NCBI RefSeq assembly: GCF_006345805.1
Contig: NC_043026.1
Location: 4,340,001-4,404,000, forward strand
Source: Octopus sinensis
Lineage: Eukaryota
DNA: 64,000 nt
Reading direction: 5' to 3'
The position numbers were made by a program, and so were the translations under genes. The notes under the pieces were generated by a model, which worked only from the letters and a program-made list of their open reading frames with translations, was not told where the DNA came from and did no database searches. Below, in pieces: positions 41,088 to 54,900 of this stretch (positions are counted from its first letter, which is position 1; every line of letters starts with the position of its first letter).

Positions 41088-43578
41088 CACTTTTCGACTT
41101 TACGAATGAGTTTTTCTTGTCCCCAACTGTCCTTGCACCAACAAGACATCAGAACATTTTGGACCTAGTGTTTAGTAACCACACTAACACTATACATAAA
41201 CGTTACAGTGGAAAAACCCTTCTTTCAGACCATGACATGGTTCTCTGTAACATGAAATTCTACCAGCCGAAAGCTAATCCTAGTGACCTTCCTCCAGCCA
41301 CCCCATTTGACAACATGGATCTCCATAATGCCAACTGGGATGCAATCAGGAACGAGCTATCACATGTTGACTGGTCCTTTACACATACACACATCTCCAC
41401 CAACCATAAAACACTTGGCAGATCTTTGTAGACACCGTCACAGACATATGTGCAAAACACTCCCCACCAAGACCTGTGAAAAAAGTGCAGAATCCCCCAA
41501 AACAGAAAACCATTATCAGAAAAATAAAAGAACAAACAAAAAAATTAACAAACTAAAGTACTGCCAACAGCAACACACACATTCGAGACGGCTATCGCAC
41601 TGCTTGAATCCAAAAAATATAACCTCCAACAATGCATGAAGAACCCACCCTCATCAATAACCCAAGATCAGCTGAGGAGAAGTGGGCCATTGAAAAAATC
41701 AAACTCAACCCCCAAGTGTTTCTTTTCATTTGCGAGGAAACGCAGGGTCACTGTCTCCACTGTTGGCCCTCTAATTGACGAAACTGGCACTCTCCAAGAT
41801 AATGCCAAATCCATGGCCGAGATACTGCAAAACAATACTGCTCTGTTTTCAGCAATCCTGATATGGCCGATCTGGCTGTATCAGTGATCAACCCCCAACA
41901 CACATATCGGACATAAGTTTAGTGCCCCTGATGTCTTAGCGGCGATAAACGAAATAAAACACAATTCAGCATAGGCCCCGATAGGTTCCCTGCTTGTGTC
42001 CTGAAGGTATGTCGACACCAACTTGCATCTCCCCTGCTAATCTGTGGAGAAACTCACTGGATGCTGGCTATATTCCAAAAAACCTTCTGTCCCAGTCTGT
42101 TGTCCCAGTTTTCAAAAGGGAAACAAGTCCCTTGCAGTGAACTACCGTCCGATCTCACTCACCTCTCATATCATCAAGGTATTTGAGAGGGTGGTGAGAT
42201 CTCGAATACCCCATTTCTGGAAAGCAACAGATGGCTGATCTCCAACCAACATGGGTTCCGTAATGGAAGGGACTGCCTAACGCAGCTCCTGCATCCTTTG
42301 ATGACATTTTGAGAGCTTTGGGAGAGGGCTCCAACACCGATGTCATCTACCTTGATTTCAGTAAGGCCTTCGACAGGGTCGATCACAAGATCCTATTGAA
42401 AAACTATCCAACATTGGTGTCTCTGAAAAGTTACTGAAATGGATCAAGTGTTTCCTGACAGACAGATCTCAACATGTTGTAGTTGAAGGGGTAAAATCAA
42501 GCCCAGCCAAAGTCAGGTAGTGGCGTTCCGCAAGGCACTGTGCTGGGCCCACTTCTTTTCATATTTACATTAATGACTTAATGACATCATCAGCACAGCA
42601 ACCAAAATTTTTGCAGATGATTCCAAGCTACAGAAGGTCATAAATGAGTGCGAGTGACCGGACATGCCTTCAGTCAGATCTACTGGATGTTATCCAATGG
42701 GCAGAAAAAACAATATGCTGCGAACGAGGATAAATTTGAGTAATCCACTTTGGAAATGAGGATGCCCTGAACTCCCATACTCCCTTCCTTCAGTGAAACT
42801 CTCGGTGGCGTCCAACAACACAGAGACTTGGGAGTAATTGTGGACAACAACATAAGCTGGGCCACTCTATAAACACCAAAGTTGACATGGCCCTCATAAT
42901 GTGTTCCTGGATTCTCAAACTTTCCAGTCGAGAGATATCCACACCATTATCCTTCTCGTCTCCACTTTTGCCCGACCCACCTTGAATACTGTTGTCCACT
43001 GTGGTCTTCCCCACACAATACAGGTATCATAAAATTGAGCACCTCAAAGGCAATCACAAAAAAGATAGATGGCATGACAGGCCTCGACTATTGGGGTCGA
43101 CTAGAAAAGCTAAAACTTTATTCTCTCCAACTCCAACGTCGTCGTGAGCGCTACAATCATCATCTGCATGATGTGGAAAATATTCCATCAGCATTGCCCA
43201 AATGATGTTGGCATCACCTTTAAGGTACATCCAAGGCTTGGGCCCCTGCCATCCGCCCAAACAAAATCGCACTCTCATCTCATAACAACAATACGGCACA
43301 ATTATTTCACCTCAATTGGCCCCGCTCTCTTTAACATTACACAAAACACATTAAAACGAAACTGACCCTATAGGGTCAAGAAGTCTTTGGACAGATTCCT
43401 TCAGAAATCCCGATAAACCCCCTACACCCGATATGCTCTGTAAACATAACTCTCTACTTGAGTGGGCCATAGTGCCCAATTCTGACTTGAAAGACTTCAC
43501 CAGGTGGTGCTATTAAGTTGGACATGGCCTGGGCCAATAATGGCCGAAACCTATCAAAGTATCAAAGTCAAAAGTATA
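41088..43578 (+). mobile_element. CR1-clade LINE ORF2 (end of APE domain + RT) and 3' end, many indels
   Basis: TRHQNILDLVFSN, LSDHDMV, NYRPISLTSHIIKVFE, QHGFR, DVIYLDFSKAFDRVDH, SGVPQGTVLGPLLF, FADDSK; tail (tatcaaag)n. Confidence 0.9.
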
Positions 43579-43704
43579 CACTAACTTCCTACATATATAC
43601 ACCCTATATGCACCATGTATATCTATATATACACACAACTATATATGTATTTATCCATCTATATGTTTATACTGGATACATACACACACACACACCTGTT
43701 TTTG

Positions 43705-44104
43705 TATTCTTTACTCTTTTACTTGTTACAATCATTTGACTGTGGCCATGCTGGAGCACCGCCTATAGTCGAGCAAATCGACACCAGACTTTTTCTTGTA
43801 AGCCAGTACTTATTCTATCGTCTCTTTTGCTGAACCGCTATGTTACATAAACACACCAGCATCAGTTGTCAAGCGATGTTGGGGACACACAAACACAAAC
43901 ATACACACACACACATATATATATACATATATACATATATACGACGAGCTTCTTTCAGTTTCTGTCTACCAAATCCACTCACAATACTTTGGTCGGCCTG
44001 AGGCTATAGTAGAAGACACTTGCCCAAGGTGCCACGCAGTGGGACTGAACCTAGAACCATGTGGCTGGTAAACAAGTTACTTACCACATGGCCCCTCCTA
44101 CACC
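43705..44104 (-). mobile_element. tRNA-derived composite SINE
   Basis: Same family as 21,155-21,564. Confidence 0.8.
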
Positions 44105-44338
44105 TATGTATAATTTTATTCTATTACTTGTTTCAATCTTCTGAATGTGGCCACGCTGGAGCACTACCATAAAGGTTCAGAGAAATCGACCCCAGGACAT
44201 ATTCTTTGTAAGCCAAGACTTGTTCTATCGGTTTCTCTTGGTGAACTGCTAAGTGTGGGGATGTAAATACACCAACATCGGTTGTCAACCGTTGTGGGGG
44301 GATGGGAGGGCAAACATGACACACACATATATAATACG

Positions 44339-44375
<37 letters not shown>

Positions 44376-45739
44376 TGTGTGTGTGTGTGTATATATATAT
44401 GTATGTATATGCATATATATATTTACTGTAACTGTGTGTGTGTATGTATTTATGTGTATATATATATATGTTTAATTATATATGTATATAAGGGTGTATA
44501 CTTGTGTATATTTATACCCCTGTACATGTGTGGTTGTGTATGTGGTCTGTGCGAGTGTGTGGATGCACATTTTTAGTGTGTTGCACTCATGATACTAAGA
44601 TTAAGGTTTCAATTCCTGGATTGGGTGATAGATTGTTTTCTTGAGCAACACTCTTCATTCCACACTTCCCCCAATTTATTCAGCTAGTAAAAACAAGGAA
44701 TCCAACGATGGCCCACCTTCCTCTTCATTGGGGGAAATATATACATGACAGAATAAGGGAAACCGTCCTTATGAGTCGATAATTTGTGCTGTGTGAGTCA
44801 ATGACTCAGGAAAGTTTTGATACGGTTTCATAATACACATACGCACAGACATATAATTCTTTTACACGTTTCTTTACACATGTAGCTGTGGTCATGCTGG
44901 AGCACCATCATGGTCTTGCAGCTTTTCTCAGTCGTTTGCCCCAGCTGTAATCTTGCGATGTCATCTTTGATTTTTTTATTGCCTCTGATAATTTTGTATC
45001 GTTAGCATAGCTGGTAACTATGGCTGTCTCAGGGGCCACTGGCATGTCTAAGAGGGCTACAAATACATACATACATACATATAGACATATATGTATCATC
45101 ATCATCGTCATCGTCTTTAACGTCTGCTTCCATGCTGGCATGAATTGGACGGTTTGACTGAGGGCTGGCAAACTAGAAGGCTGCACCAGGCCCCAATCTC
45201 ATCTGGCAAAGTTTCTGCAGTTGGATACCATTCCTAATGCCAACCACTCCGAGAATGAAGTCGGTGCTTTTTATGTGCCACTGAGGCAGTGCTGGCATCA
45301 AGCATGCTTGAATGATGCATTTTACGTGCCACCGTCACATACGTATGTAGTATACATTTATGTATGTTTTTGTATTATATATATAAATATATATATATAT
45401 ATATGTATGTATATATATATATATGTGTAATATATATATATATGTGTTATTATATATCTGTAATGTAGTATGTGACAATATTTGGTACATATTCATATAT
45501 ATATGTGTTGTACTATATATATAATCCGTGCTAGCACGGAAAACGGACGTTAAACTATGATGATGTTGATATATATATATATATAATATACATATATTAT
45601 ATATATATATATATACGTATATGTAAATACAAAAACACACACATATGTATTATATATATTTTATTTCTGTAGTTTCAGCTCAGAGCTGCGGCCATGCTGG
45701 AGCGACTGCCGTTTTGCTACACTGTTATTACTGAGTGCC

Positions 45740-46030
45740 TCCTTCAATATGTGGCACTTGGTAAAGAATGGAGTTTGATGTAGCCACCCTTATTTACACC
45801 TCTTGGCGTGAGGGAGGTTCATCTGAGACTCTCGACAGGAAGAGGTCCAGCTTTGATTTAAAATCTCCATTTACTTTGTGCAAGTTCTTCAGGTTCTTTA
45901 GGAGAATATTAAAAAGCTGTGGGCCCCTGAAACCCAGGCTGTTGCAGTAACTGGTCCCGAAGTGCGATGGCATTGCTGGAATCTTTGGCACTATGCAGTG
46001 TCGTCCTGTTCTGGCATTGGTGTAGCTTTC
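45740..46030 (-). mobile_element. CR1-like LINE 3' fragment
   Basis: [20 protein letters not shown]...FKSKLDLFLSRVSDEP. Confidence 0.7.
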
Positions 46031-46076
46031 AATGACAAAATTTATATATATGTATATATATATGTGTGTGTGTGTA

Positions 46077-46111
<35 letters not shown>

Positions 46112-46299
46112 AATACACACACACACACACGTATTATGTATATGTATACATATATATATATATATGTATTATTTATTTATATATATATATGCACACACAC
46201 ATATGTATGTATGTATATATATGTGTGTGTATATATATATTTCGATTTTGGATTTGGTTTGCAAGATTCTTTATGTGAGTTCGTGTGTTGAAGCACATT

Positions 46300-46542
46300 C
46301 TGTTGTGTCTGGGGAGAGTCATTCACTTTTAGTGCCTTATTATTTAACACACTCACCGGTAAAATTTCCACTTATTTCTTATTTTTATTTTCTAAAATTT
46401 TTCTTGCGTCTTGCAACCTTTTCAATAGTCTTGACGCAACGAAAATTTTGGAAAATAAAATAAGAAATAAGTGGAAATTTTACTGGTGAGTGTGTTAAAT
46501 AATAAGGCACTAAAAGTGAATCACTCTCCCCAGACACAACAG
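46300..46542. repeat. Near-perfect ~240-bp fold-back inverted repeat
   Basis: ctgttgtgtctggggagagt...aaaatttt pairs with aaaatttt...actctccccagacacaacag; short central loop. Confidence 0.9.
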
Positions 46543-46544
46543 TT

Positions 46545-46591
<47 letters not shown>

Positions 46592-46706
46592 TATGTATAG
46601 TATATGTATATATATGTATATATATGTATATGTATATATATGTATATGTATATATATGTATATATATGTATATATATGTATATGTATGTAAATGTATGTA
46701 TATGTA

Positions 46707-46750
<44 letters not shown>

Positions 46751-46927
46751 CACGCACATGTATTTAATGGGTAGAGTGAGTGAAAGTATAGCATGAACAT
46801 TTCATCACTGTAAAGGAATTGTTTCTGCAGACCTTTGGGCAAAAGATGGATGCTCGTATGTTGTTTTCAATTGGAGTGTCCATCACACATACATATGCAT
46901 ATATACACACACACATATATATATATG

Positions 46928-47315
46928 TAGAAGTGGCTGTTTGGTCAGTAGATTGCTTACCAACCACATGGTTCTGTGTTCAGTCCCACTGCGTGGCACC
47001 TTGGGCAAGTGTCTTCTACTATAGCCTCGGGCCGACCAAAGCTTCTTGAGTGAATTTGGTAGACGGAAACTGGAAGAAGCCCGTCGTATATATGTATATA
47101 TGTATGTGTGTATATGTTTGTGTGGTGCCCCCCACCATTGCTTGACAACCAATGCTGGTGTGTTTATGTGTCCCCGTAACTTAGCGGTTCACCAAAAGAG
47201 ACTGATAGAATAAGTACTAGGCTTACAAGAATAAGTCCTGGGTCGATTTACTCTACTTGAAGGTGGTGCTCCAGCATGGCCGCAGTCAAAAGACTGAAAC
47301 AAGTAAACGAGAGAA
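46928..47315 (+). mobile_element. tRNA-derived composite SINE
   Basis: Same family as 26,062-26,455. Confidence 0.8.
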
Positions 47316-47553
47316 AAGATATATATATACACACGTATATTAACAAATGTGTGAACATAACCATGTAAATATATTTACTTGTATGTGTATGTTGATCTTT
47401 TACTGGATCCTGCAGTCATTAAATTGCGGCCAAGCAATTTTTTATATATTTTATATTTTATATATTTTGTATATTATATTATTTTTATTTGTCTTGGTTT
47501 ATGTTTTACTCTGTTTGATTTGCCTAATAGTGCTTTTATCTCTAATTTATATA

Positions 47554-47585
<32 letters not shown>

Positions 47586-48091
47586 AAAATTATTGTATAC
47601 AGTGCTCAGGTGCATATATATACATGTATATACATTCATATATATATATATATACACGCACACAATGAAAATTAAATATTGCAATACAAATGTCTTACTT
47701 TCCAGTCAAATAAAAACACCAGTAAAGGTAGAAGTATAAATATAGAGTAGTGGTACAACAAGGCACCAATGTTTACTAGAAATAGCAGTCAATAGATTTA
47801 CGACCCTGTAGTAAAGCTTCACTGTGTATATATACTGGGAAAGACGCGTGAAGGCTGGGAAAACATAATAAAATGGACACCCAGATCGGATAATCTAGTA
47901 CCAGGTTTCAGACCCTTAATACGTTGTAAAATTGATTAGTCTTCTTCTTTAGATATACCTGGACAATACTTCAAATGTAATATATATTATATATAGAATG
48001 AGCAACGTCTAATCCGAATGATATGATATATAGTAAAAATGTATATATAATAAATATCTACAAATATACCATCTGATCTGATATTTTTCTA

Positions 48092-48149
<58 letters not shown>

Positions 48150-48542
48150 TTGTATATGTATACATATATACTATTGTTTTATTGTTTTCTTTTACTCATT
48201 TCAGTCATGCAGCTGTGGTCATGCTGGAGCGCCACCATATATATATATATAGACAGATAGACAGACAGACAGACAGAGTTTCTTACTTAAAAGCAATTTC
48301 CAAAGTCTTCTCCTTTCTTCGGTGGGGTGGAGGGTCGAGGGTGTATCAGATTTCTTTTCACGCAGTCTTCATGTCTGCCCAGGTCTTGAGGGGTGTGGCA
48401 CATCCCTACACAAACACATTAGCATGCAGGTTGTTGCACACACGCATACATATATACACACACATACACATGAATAGAAATTGCAAGAGGTCAAAATAAT
48501 AAGCAAAAAAAAAAAAGAGAAAAAAAAACCGGTTGTTGTGCA

Positions 48543-48815
48543 TTATTGAATGAAAGGATTAATACCTGCTGAACAAAAAAATCAGGTGAGTTTTATTTGA
48601 AAACATGAGATTTAGGCCAGCTACAATGTCACCTGTGTTTATGTCTAAGTAAAAACATACGTAAGAGTGAGTGTGTGTGGGCAGATGTGCTTGGGTACAC
48701 ATTTACTTATACATAAATACAGTTATATTTATGACCTTACCCGAAAACAATTGTTTGAAATAAAACTCACCTGATGTTTCTCTATTCAAAAAGATTTAGT
48801 CATTTCAGTCAATAA
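48543..48815. mobile_element. MITE-like imperfect inverted repeat
   Basis: atcaggtgagttttattt pairs with aaataaaactcacctgat; outer ttattga/tcaataa. Confidence 0.5.
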
Positions 48816-49029
48816 ACCTATTTTTTAGCTTTATGAGTTTGTTTTCGCAAGATTATCCATGTTTCTGGCCCAGTCAACTGAAAACAGGTAGACACCATAC
48901 CACCACCTCAATGGCCAAGAATACCCTTATGGACAGATGGATCAGAGGCATAAGGACCCCTGAAAAAAATGTCACCTGATAGCTGCGAGTACCAAAGTTA
49001 ATTTAAAGGGTCAAATGTTTTAAGTTCAA

Positions 49030-49865
49030 TAAAAAAATATATGGCTCCTTGTCAATGAATGCCATGTATGGAGACTATCTTTGACTAGGTATTTCTCCTA
49101 CAGCTGTCTTACCAGAAATATAGCATCAATAGTGCTTCTCCCTGGCACAAACCCAAACTGCATCTCATCTAAACTAACTCACTCCCTATTTAGTTGGGCT
49201 ATGTCCCTCTCCGTGGCTTTCATCACCTGGTCCAACAATTTCATACCTCTGTAATTAGTTTTGTCTAATGCATCACCTTTACCTTTGTAGCAATTGATTA
49301 TGGTGCTGCAACACCAGTCATTGGGTATGACCCCTTTGCACATCACCTGCTTGACTATACATGTGACTAGACTACAGCCTACACCACCAGATATTTTAAG
49401 CATCACAGCAGTGATTCCTAATGAGGCAGGAGCTTTCCCTGCTTCCATACCCTTAATTGCTTTATCTACCAAGGTACTGTCAATTTGAATAGCTGATCCC
49501 TCTGTTAGGTCAACATTTGGCACACTTTCTCCCATTCAGGAACCATTTATAGTGGTATCTCCAAGTCTCTCTCTTTGCAGCATCATTAAATGCAAGTGAC
49601 CCATCATCCATGCAGACACATTTCTCTCTTTTGACATCACAATTCTCTCTCACACACTGTCTTGCAATATGAAACACTTTGAGTCTCTGGTCCACACAAG
49701 AAAGAACATTGGCATCTTACCTGCTTCCCTTCTGGCTAAGTAAACCTGTCTCCTAGCTTCCCTTCTGGCGATCTGATACAGTTCCCTGCTTCCACCACAC
49801 TTCCAGTCCTTCCATGCCTGTTTCTTTTCCCTAATGACCTTGTCAACTACATTGTTCCACCACCA
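49030..49865 (-). mobile_element. RTE-clade LINE RT N-terminal fragment
   Basis: IPNDW..STIINCYKGKGDALDKTNYRGMKLL; QFGFVPGRSTIDAIF. Confidence 0.85.
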
Positions 49866-50044
49866 TGATCAAGTGGGCCTTTGCACCAGCCACAGATCTG
49901 GTCAGCAGCCCGCAACATGTTGTCCCATAGGAACCTTCAATTGTCCTCCAGAAGTGGTGTCACACTTCTCCTGTCTCTTTTATGCAGTTGTGTATCCCTC
50001 ATCTGTAGAAGTTGGTAGGCTGCATCTAGAGTCAAGGCTTTACC

Positions 50045-51047
50045 TCAGAAATAAGTTTGTCATCTGAAAATTTCTTCCTCTTCAAAAAGATTTCATGGTT
50101 GGAAAGAGGTGGAAGTCAGATGGTGCGAGGTCAGGAGAGTAAGGATTTCATAGCCACAGGAGTGTGCTTTCATCTGGGCAACACGTGTTTTGTGAACTGA
50201 GTTTGTTTTCTTTGAGGAAGCAGACTCCTTTGGTCAGCCCTTTGCCAGAAAATCCATCATCACTAATCTGTGCTGGTCCAAAAAGATTGAGCATCACCTT
50301 GCCTGGTCAGGGCTGGACGCAACCCTTCTTTGGAGGTGATGAGTTATCATACTTCCATTGTTTTGACTGGACTTTAGTCTCAGGACCATAGTGATGGACC
50401 CACGCTTCATCCTGTGTGATAGGTCTGCTGAAAAAATCCTCCTCATTTTCTTGACACATTGCCAAAAGGGCCTTGGAACAATTGACCCATTCCTGCTTTT
50501 GAAAAGATGTGAGCATCTGGGGAATCCATTGTGCTGATAACATGTACAAATGGTTGTAAATGAGTTTTTTTCCCACAGATCCTAAGCTTATCTTCACTTT
50601 TTGGGTTAGTTGCCATAAAGTTCTGTGGTGATCCTCCAAAATGGCAGCTTCCACTTTATGGATGGCATCATCATCAATGGCAGAATGTGGTTGTCCAACA
50701 GTTTCCACCAATGTCCAGCCCCATTTGAACAGGTGATGCCAGTGCTTGACTATGTTGTATGATGGTGCATCGTCACCATAAGTGCTTCTTTCATCTCATC
50801 AAAAGTCCCATTTGGTGTACGACCTTCCAAGTATAAGAACCTGATCCCTGATCTGCATTCAACTGCCTCCATTATAACAGCTTAGTCCACTTCAGCAGCC
50901 GCAAAAGACAAACGAATCCGAGTGGAAAGCTGCAATTTACAATGGGACATGGGGAGACATGTATGATTATACCTGTACAAGTTCCGTTTCCTGCAATAAC
51001 TGGAAGTGGGTGGGTGAGGGAACATCTTTAATGAACACCCCTCATAT
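50045..51047 (-). mobile_element. mariner-family transposon relic, internally deleted
   Basis: WIPQMLT (WVPHEL-like), ITQDEAWVHHYGPETKVQSKQW; terminus TA-tgaggggtgttcattaa. Confidence 0.85.
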
Positions 51048-51164
51048 TTTTGTTAAGCCTTGTATTTATTCCAGCGATCCTTCATTATATGTCCTCCTCC
51101 CTCTCTCACTCTTTTCTCTCTCATTCTGCTCTCTCTCTCTTCCATCTCCTATGTTTAATTTCAG

Positions 51165-53030
51165 AGGGAGATTTGGATGTTATTTCTAACAAGCCGAGTC
51201 ACAATGCTAATATTTCAGTATAATGTGTGATTTAAAGGGATTTGACTGCTATTTCTACAAGAGAAAATATCAATACAACTATACACAGATATACAAAAAG
51301 CGACTCCCTGCCCTCAGAAAGAATAGATTTTTTTTTTCCTCATTTATGGAGAATGCTAGAAATTTTAAGGGGAGGGGTTTAATCAACATTTACTAAAAGT
51401 GATCTAGCTACCAGATAGAGATCCTGTATGACCTCATATATACATGCATTAGAAATTACACTGTAATTAGAGCTTTAATTGGCTGGTAATTCCAACGAGC
51501 CTTCCTACAATGCAGTTAATTTCTTCAGACATAACACAGCATGGTGTGTGATTTTAGGAGATTTGACTGCTATTTCTAGAAGCATATATGTATTAATATA
51601 ACTATATATGATATATATTATTGTAGTTATAGTATGTGTGTGTGTGTGTGTGTGTTCATAAGGCAGCGTGTTGGCAGAATCCCTCACATGCCAGAGGAAA
51701 TGCTTCACGCCATTTCGTAGTTTCACATTGTGAGTTCAAATTCTGGTGAGGGTAGCTTTGCATCCAATCGTTCCAGGGTCATGAATTGAGCACAAATCAA
51801 GTAATAGGGTCAATGTAATCGATTAGGTGCCCACAATAATTGCAGTCCTTGTGCTAAATGTAAAATGAGAATTATTACATAATTAATAGATGAATAGAAA
51901 GATAGAGAAGGAGAGAGTGACAGAGAGAGAGAGAGATGTTACAGTATGTGTATGTGTATAAGCCGGTGAGGTGGAAGAATCGTTCACACGCAGGGTCGAT
52001 GGAGTCAATTGGCTGCCTCTACTAGAATTCCAGGCCTTGTGCCAACAGACAAAGAATAATCATATATGTGTATGGTAGAAAATGGTGCTCTCTGTGGGTG
52101 CCCTGGGACTGAATGTCTATACGGATGAGGGTTGCAAGGAAGGTATCTGATCCTAAAATGCTGTGAAGAAGAGCTGATAATAGATAGACAGACACACAGA
52201 GAGACAGGTCTGTGATTTAGGGAGACTTGGCTGCTATTTCTTGCAGCAGGTCTAGTGTCCATTAAGCATTGATACATGAGATATTTAAATATTTTTCTTT
52301 CTGCTTCTTTCTATATTTTGTCCATGTCGGAATTCTGATTGAAGCATCCCATATAATCACTCATAACAGTTTTGTGTTTTTCAGTTTCCAGGAAATTCTG
52401 TTTTAATATTTTGAAATTTAAAAAATGGACAGTCTGGACTTTGTGCTTAAATCCCATAAAAAGACCATTAAATGAATTTATTGAAAGATAATGAAAACAT
52501 CAATACGTAAGAGTGAGAAACAAACAAGGAGGGTATCAAGTGATCATGCGATATGCTAAAAATAACAGCTAAATAGCCCTTAAAAAGCACAAAAACTATC
52601 TTTTCTTTTCACTTTTGCATAACTGTATCAATTCCTGTGTTTAGAACAAATTTACAAAACTCTTCTAAAAATTCACAAAAAGAAAAAGTTATGAGGGTTT
52701 GTTTGGGGTGATTACATCAAAATTGCTCCCTCTGTCTTCATATACATGTTTGCTAAAGTCTTGCTGTTGTTTCTAGCATATGAAGTGCTGCACTTAAATG
52801 GACCTGTTGTTCATTTGTTGAAAGACAGCCATAGAATTTATAACTGCAGTTAATTTCAGTAGGTTGGAGGGGCATTTGGCTGCTATTTCTAACAGCTGTA
52901 GCCCTCATGTACAATTCAACTGTCACTGGTCACATACATAAATATGTATGAAGTTATGTTAAGACACAATGGTGTTATTGGAAGGGGATTTGGCTGCTAT
53001 TTCTAACAGCTCTAACATTCTTTAACCTTT
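51165..53030 (-). repeat. Inverted paralogue of the ~8.7-10.1 kb module
   Basis: The reverse complement of 51,950-52,280 aligns by eye to 9,090-9,400 (e.g. aaggcctggaattctagtagaggca, gaccctgcgtgtgaacgattct). Confidence 0.75.
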
Positions 53031-53572
53031 TATCATGAATTTTAATTTTCTTTCTTTGGTCTTGATGGTTGTGGTGGTGGTGGTGTGTGTGTGTGTGAGT
53101 GTGATATTGTTGGTGTTGTTGTTGCTGTCTGTCATTTCCCCAAGCTTGTTGATCAAGTCAGTGAATGCCAGCTACAAATTTATTGTACCACATGTGATTT
53201 GGGTGAGGTTTACCTACTTTCTCTAATAGTCCATGCTAGTGGTGGTGGTCATGGTGCCTGTCGAGGGGAGAAGATCGTATTAGTGTAGTTATAGTAGTTT
53301 AGCCCCAACTCAACCCTGATCCATCAAATCTAGAAGCCAAGACATTCCAGCCATGACATACTATTTGGACTAACTTTACACAGCATCTCGCCAGACAGTG
53401 AAAAACATTAAATACCAGTAATACGTTGTTACCATTCTGCTCACGTAATTATTAGGTTTTGGGGCACTGAGTAAGTTATGGGCACTGCGTTACACTCTCT
53501 CACTAATTAATTAGCTTGCATTATGTGCATAAATGTATATATACATACAAACAATCATATATAGGTAAATAC

Positions 53573-53613
<41 letters not shown>

Positions 53614-54572
53614 AAATAAGAAAATGGAGAAATACATCCAAATCAAATATCAATTTCCAGATAATACCCAATCACATACTTTATTAAACCACCACAAAGA
53701 AATAATAACATAAAACATAACATGTAATAAGGCAATAATAGATATAAAACATGAACTAAGGATTTATGTATAACAATAAGTACAATATATATAGAGAATT
53801 AATATATAAGTATAGCAGTATATTGGATATTGTTATCCTTGGAGGGTTGCACTTACAACCCCTATCTCAATTGTATATATATATATAACACATATATATA
53901 TGTACAGTATACATATAATATTTATGTAAATAATATAGAATAAACTTGTCCATTCTCGAGCTTTTAACTAACTGAACAGTTCTGTTCCTACACCTGTCTT
54001 TTGTTTTTTTGTAGTTTAATTTGAAACATATAACCATGTTTGTGTGATTGGATTGTGACGAGGACAGACGGACGGACGCAGAGACAGACATGGACGTCTC
54101 TCTACAGAAAGAGAGCGTTACTTTTCACTCCCTCCTCTCTTATTAAATAGGATCATATTCGGAATAGGCAGAGTGAATGCACAAAGAAGTAGGAGCATCT
54201 GTATAATGAAGGGGTTCAGAAGACTGGACAGGGTGTGTGTGGATAGAGAGAAGAGAGAGGGGTGATCCCTAAGAGGGTGAGAGATACAGGAGTTCTAAGG
54301 GGACAATGGTAATCTGTGGTGAGGGCAGTGAGAGTGAATGTGTGTGAGGAGGCATAGGATGGAGGGAGTGGAGGGCATGATGTAGGAGGAAAGGAAAGTG
54401 TTGAGATGGGTGGAGGAGACCAGATTGTATTGGGGAAGGCATGGGGTGGTGTAAAGGGTGTGACTGTATGTGTGTGTGTGTATGTATATATATTATATAT
54501 ATATATATACATATATATACATCATATATATATATATACACACACACACACATATATACCTAACCACAAATC

Positions 54573-54900
54573 ACATCATCAGTTTCGTCAGCATCCATTT
54601 CCATGCTAGCATGGGTTGGACGGTTCAACTGGGTCTGGGAAGCCAGAAGGCTTCACCAGGCCCAGTCTGATCTGGCAGCAGTTTCTACAGTTAGATGCCC
54701 TTCCTAATGCCAACCACTCCGTGAGTGTAGTGGGTGCTTCTTACGTGCCACCGGCACAGGAGGCTGGCAAACGGCCAGGATTGGTTGGTGCTTTTACGTG
54801 TCACCGACACAAACGCCAGTCAGGCCACGCTGGCATCTCCCACATTCGGACGGTACTTTTAACATGTCACCGGCACAGGTATCTTAACAACAATTTCCAT
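54573..54900 (-). mobile_element. RTE 3' UTR-derived repeat copy
   Basis: Same family as 61,900-62,330. Confidence 0.7.

Noticed and set aside
40874-41431. Apparent Helitron-endonuclease (Helentron-like) fusion ORF across the gap
   Set aside because: The join is a 100-N scaffold gap, and the downstream sequence continues as a CR1 RT.
47895-47960. Further hammerhead (- strand aagaaga-agac...gtct-gaaacctggta)
   Set aside because: Core lacks CUG/UUG and stem I is unclear; at best a decayed copy.
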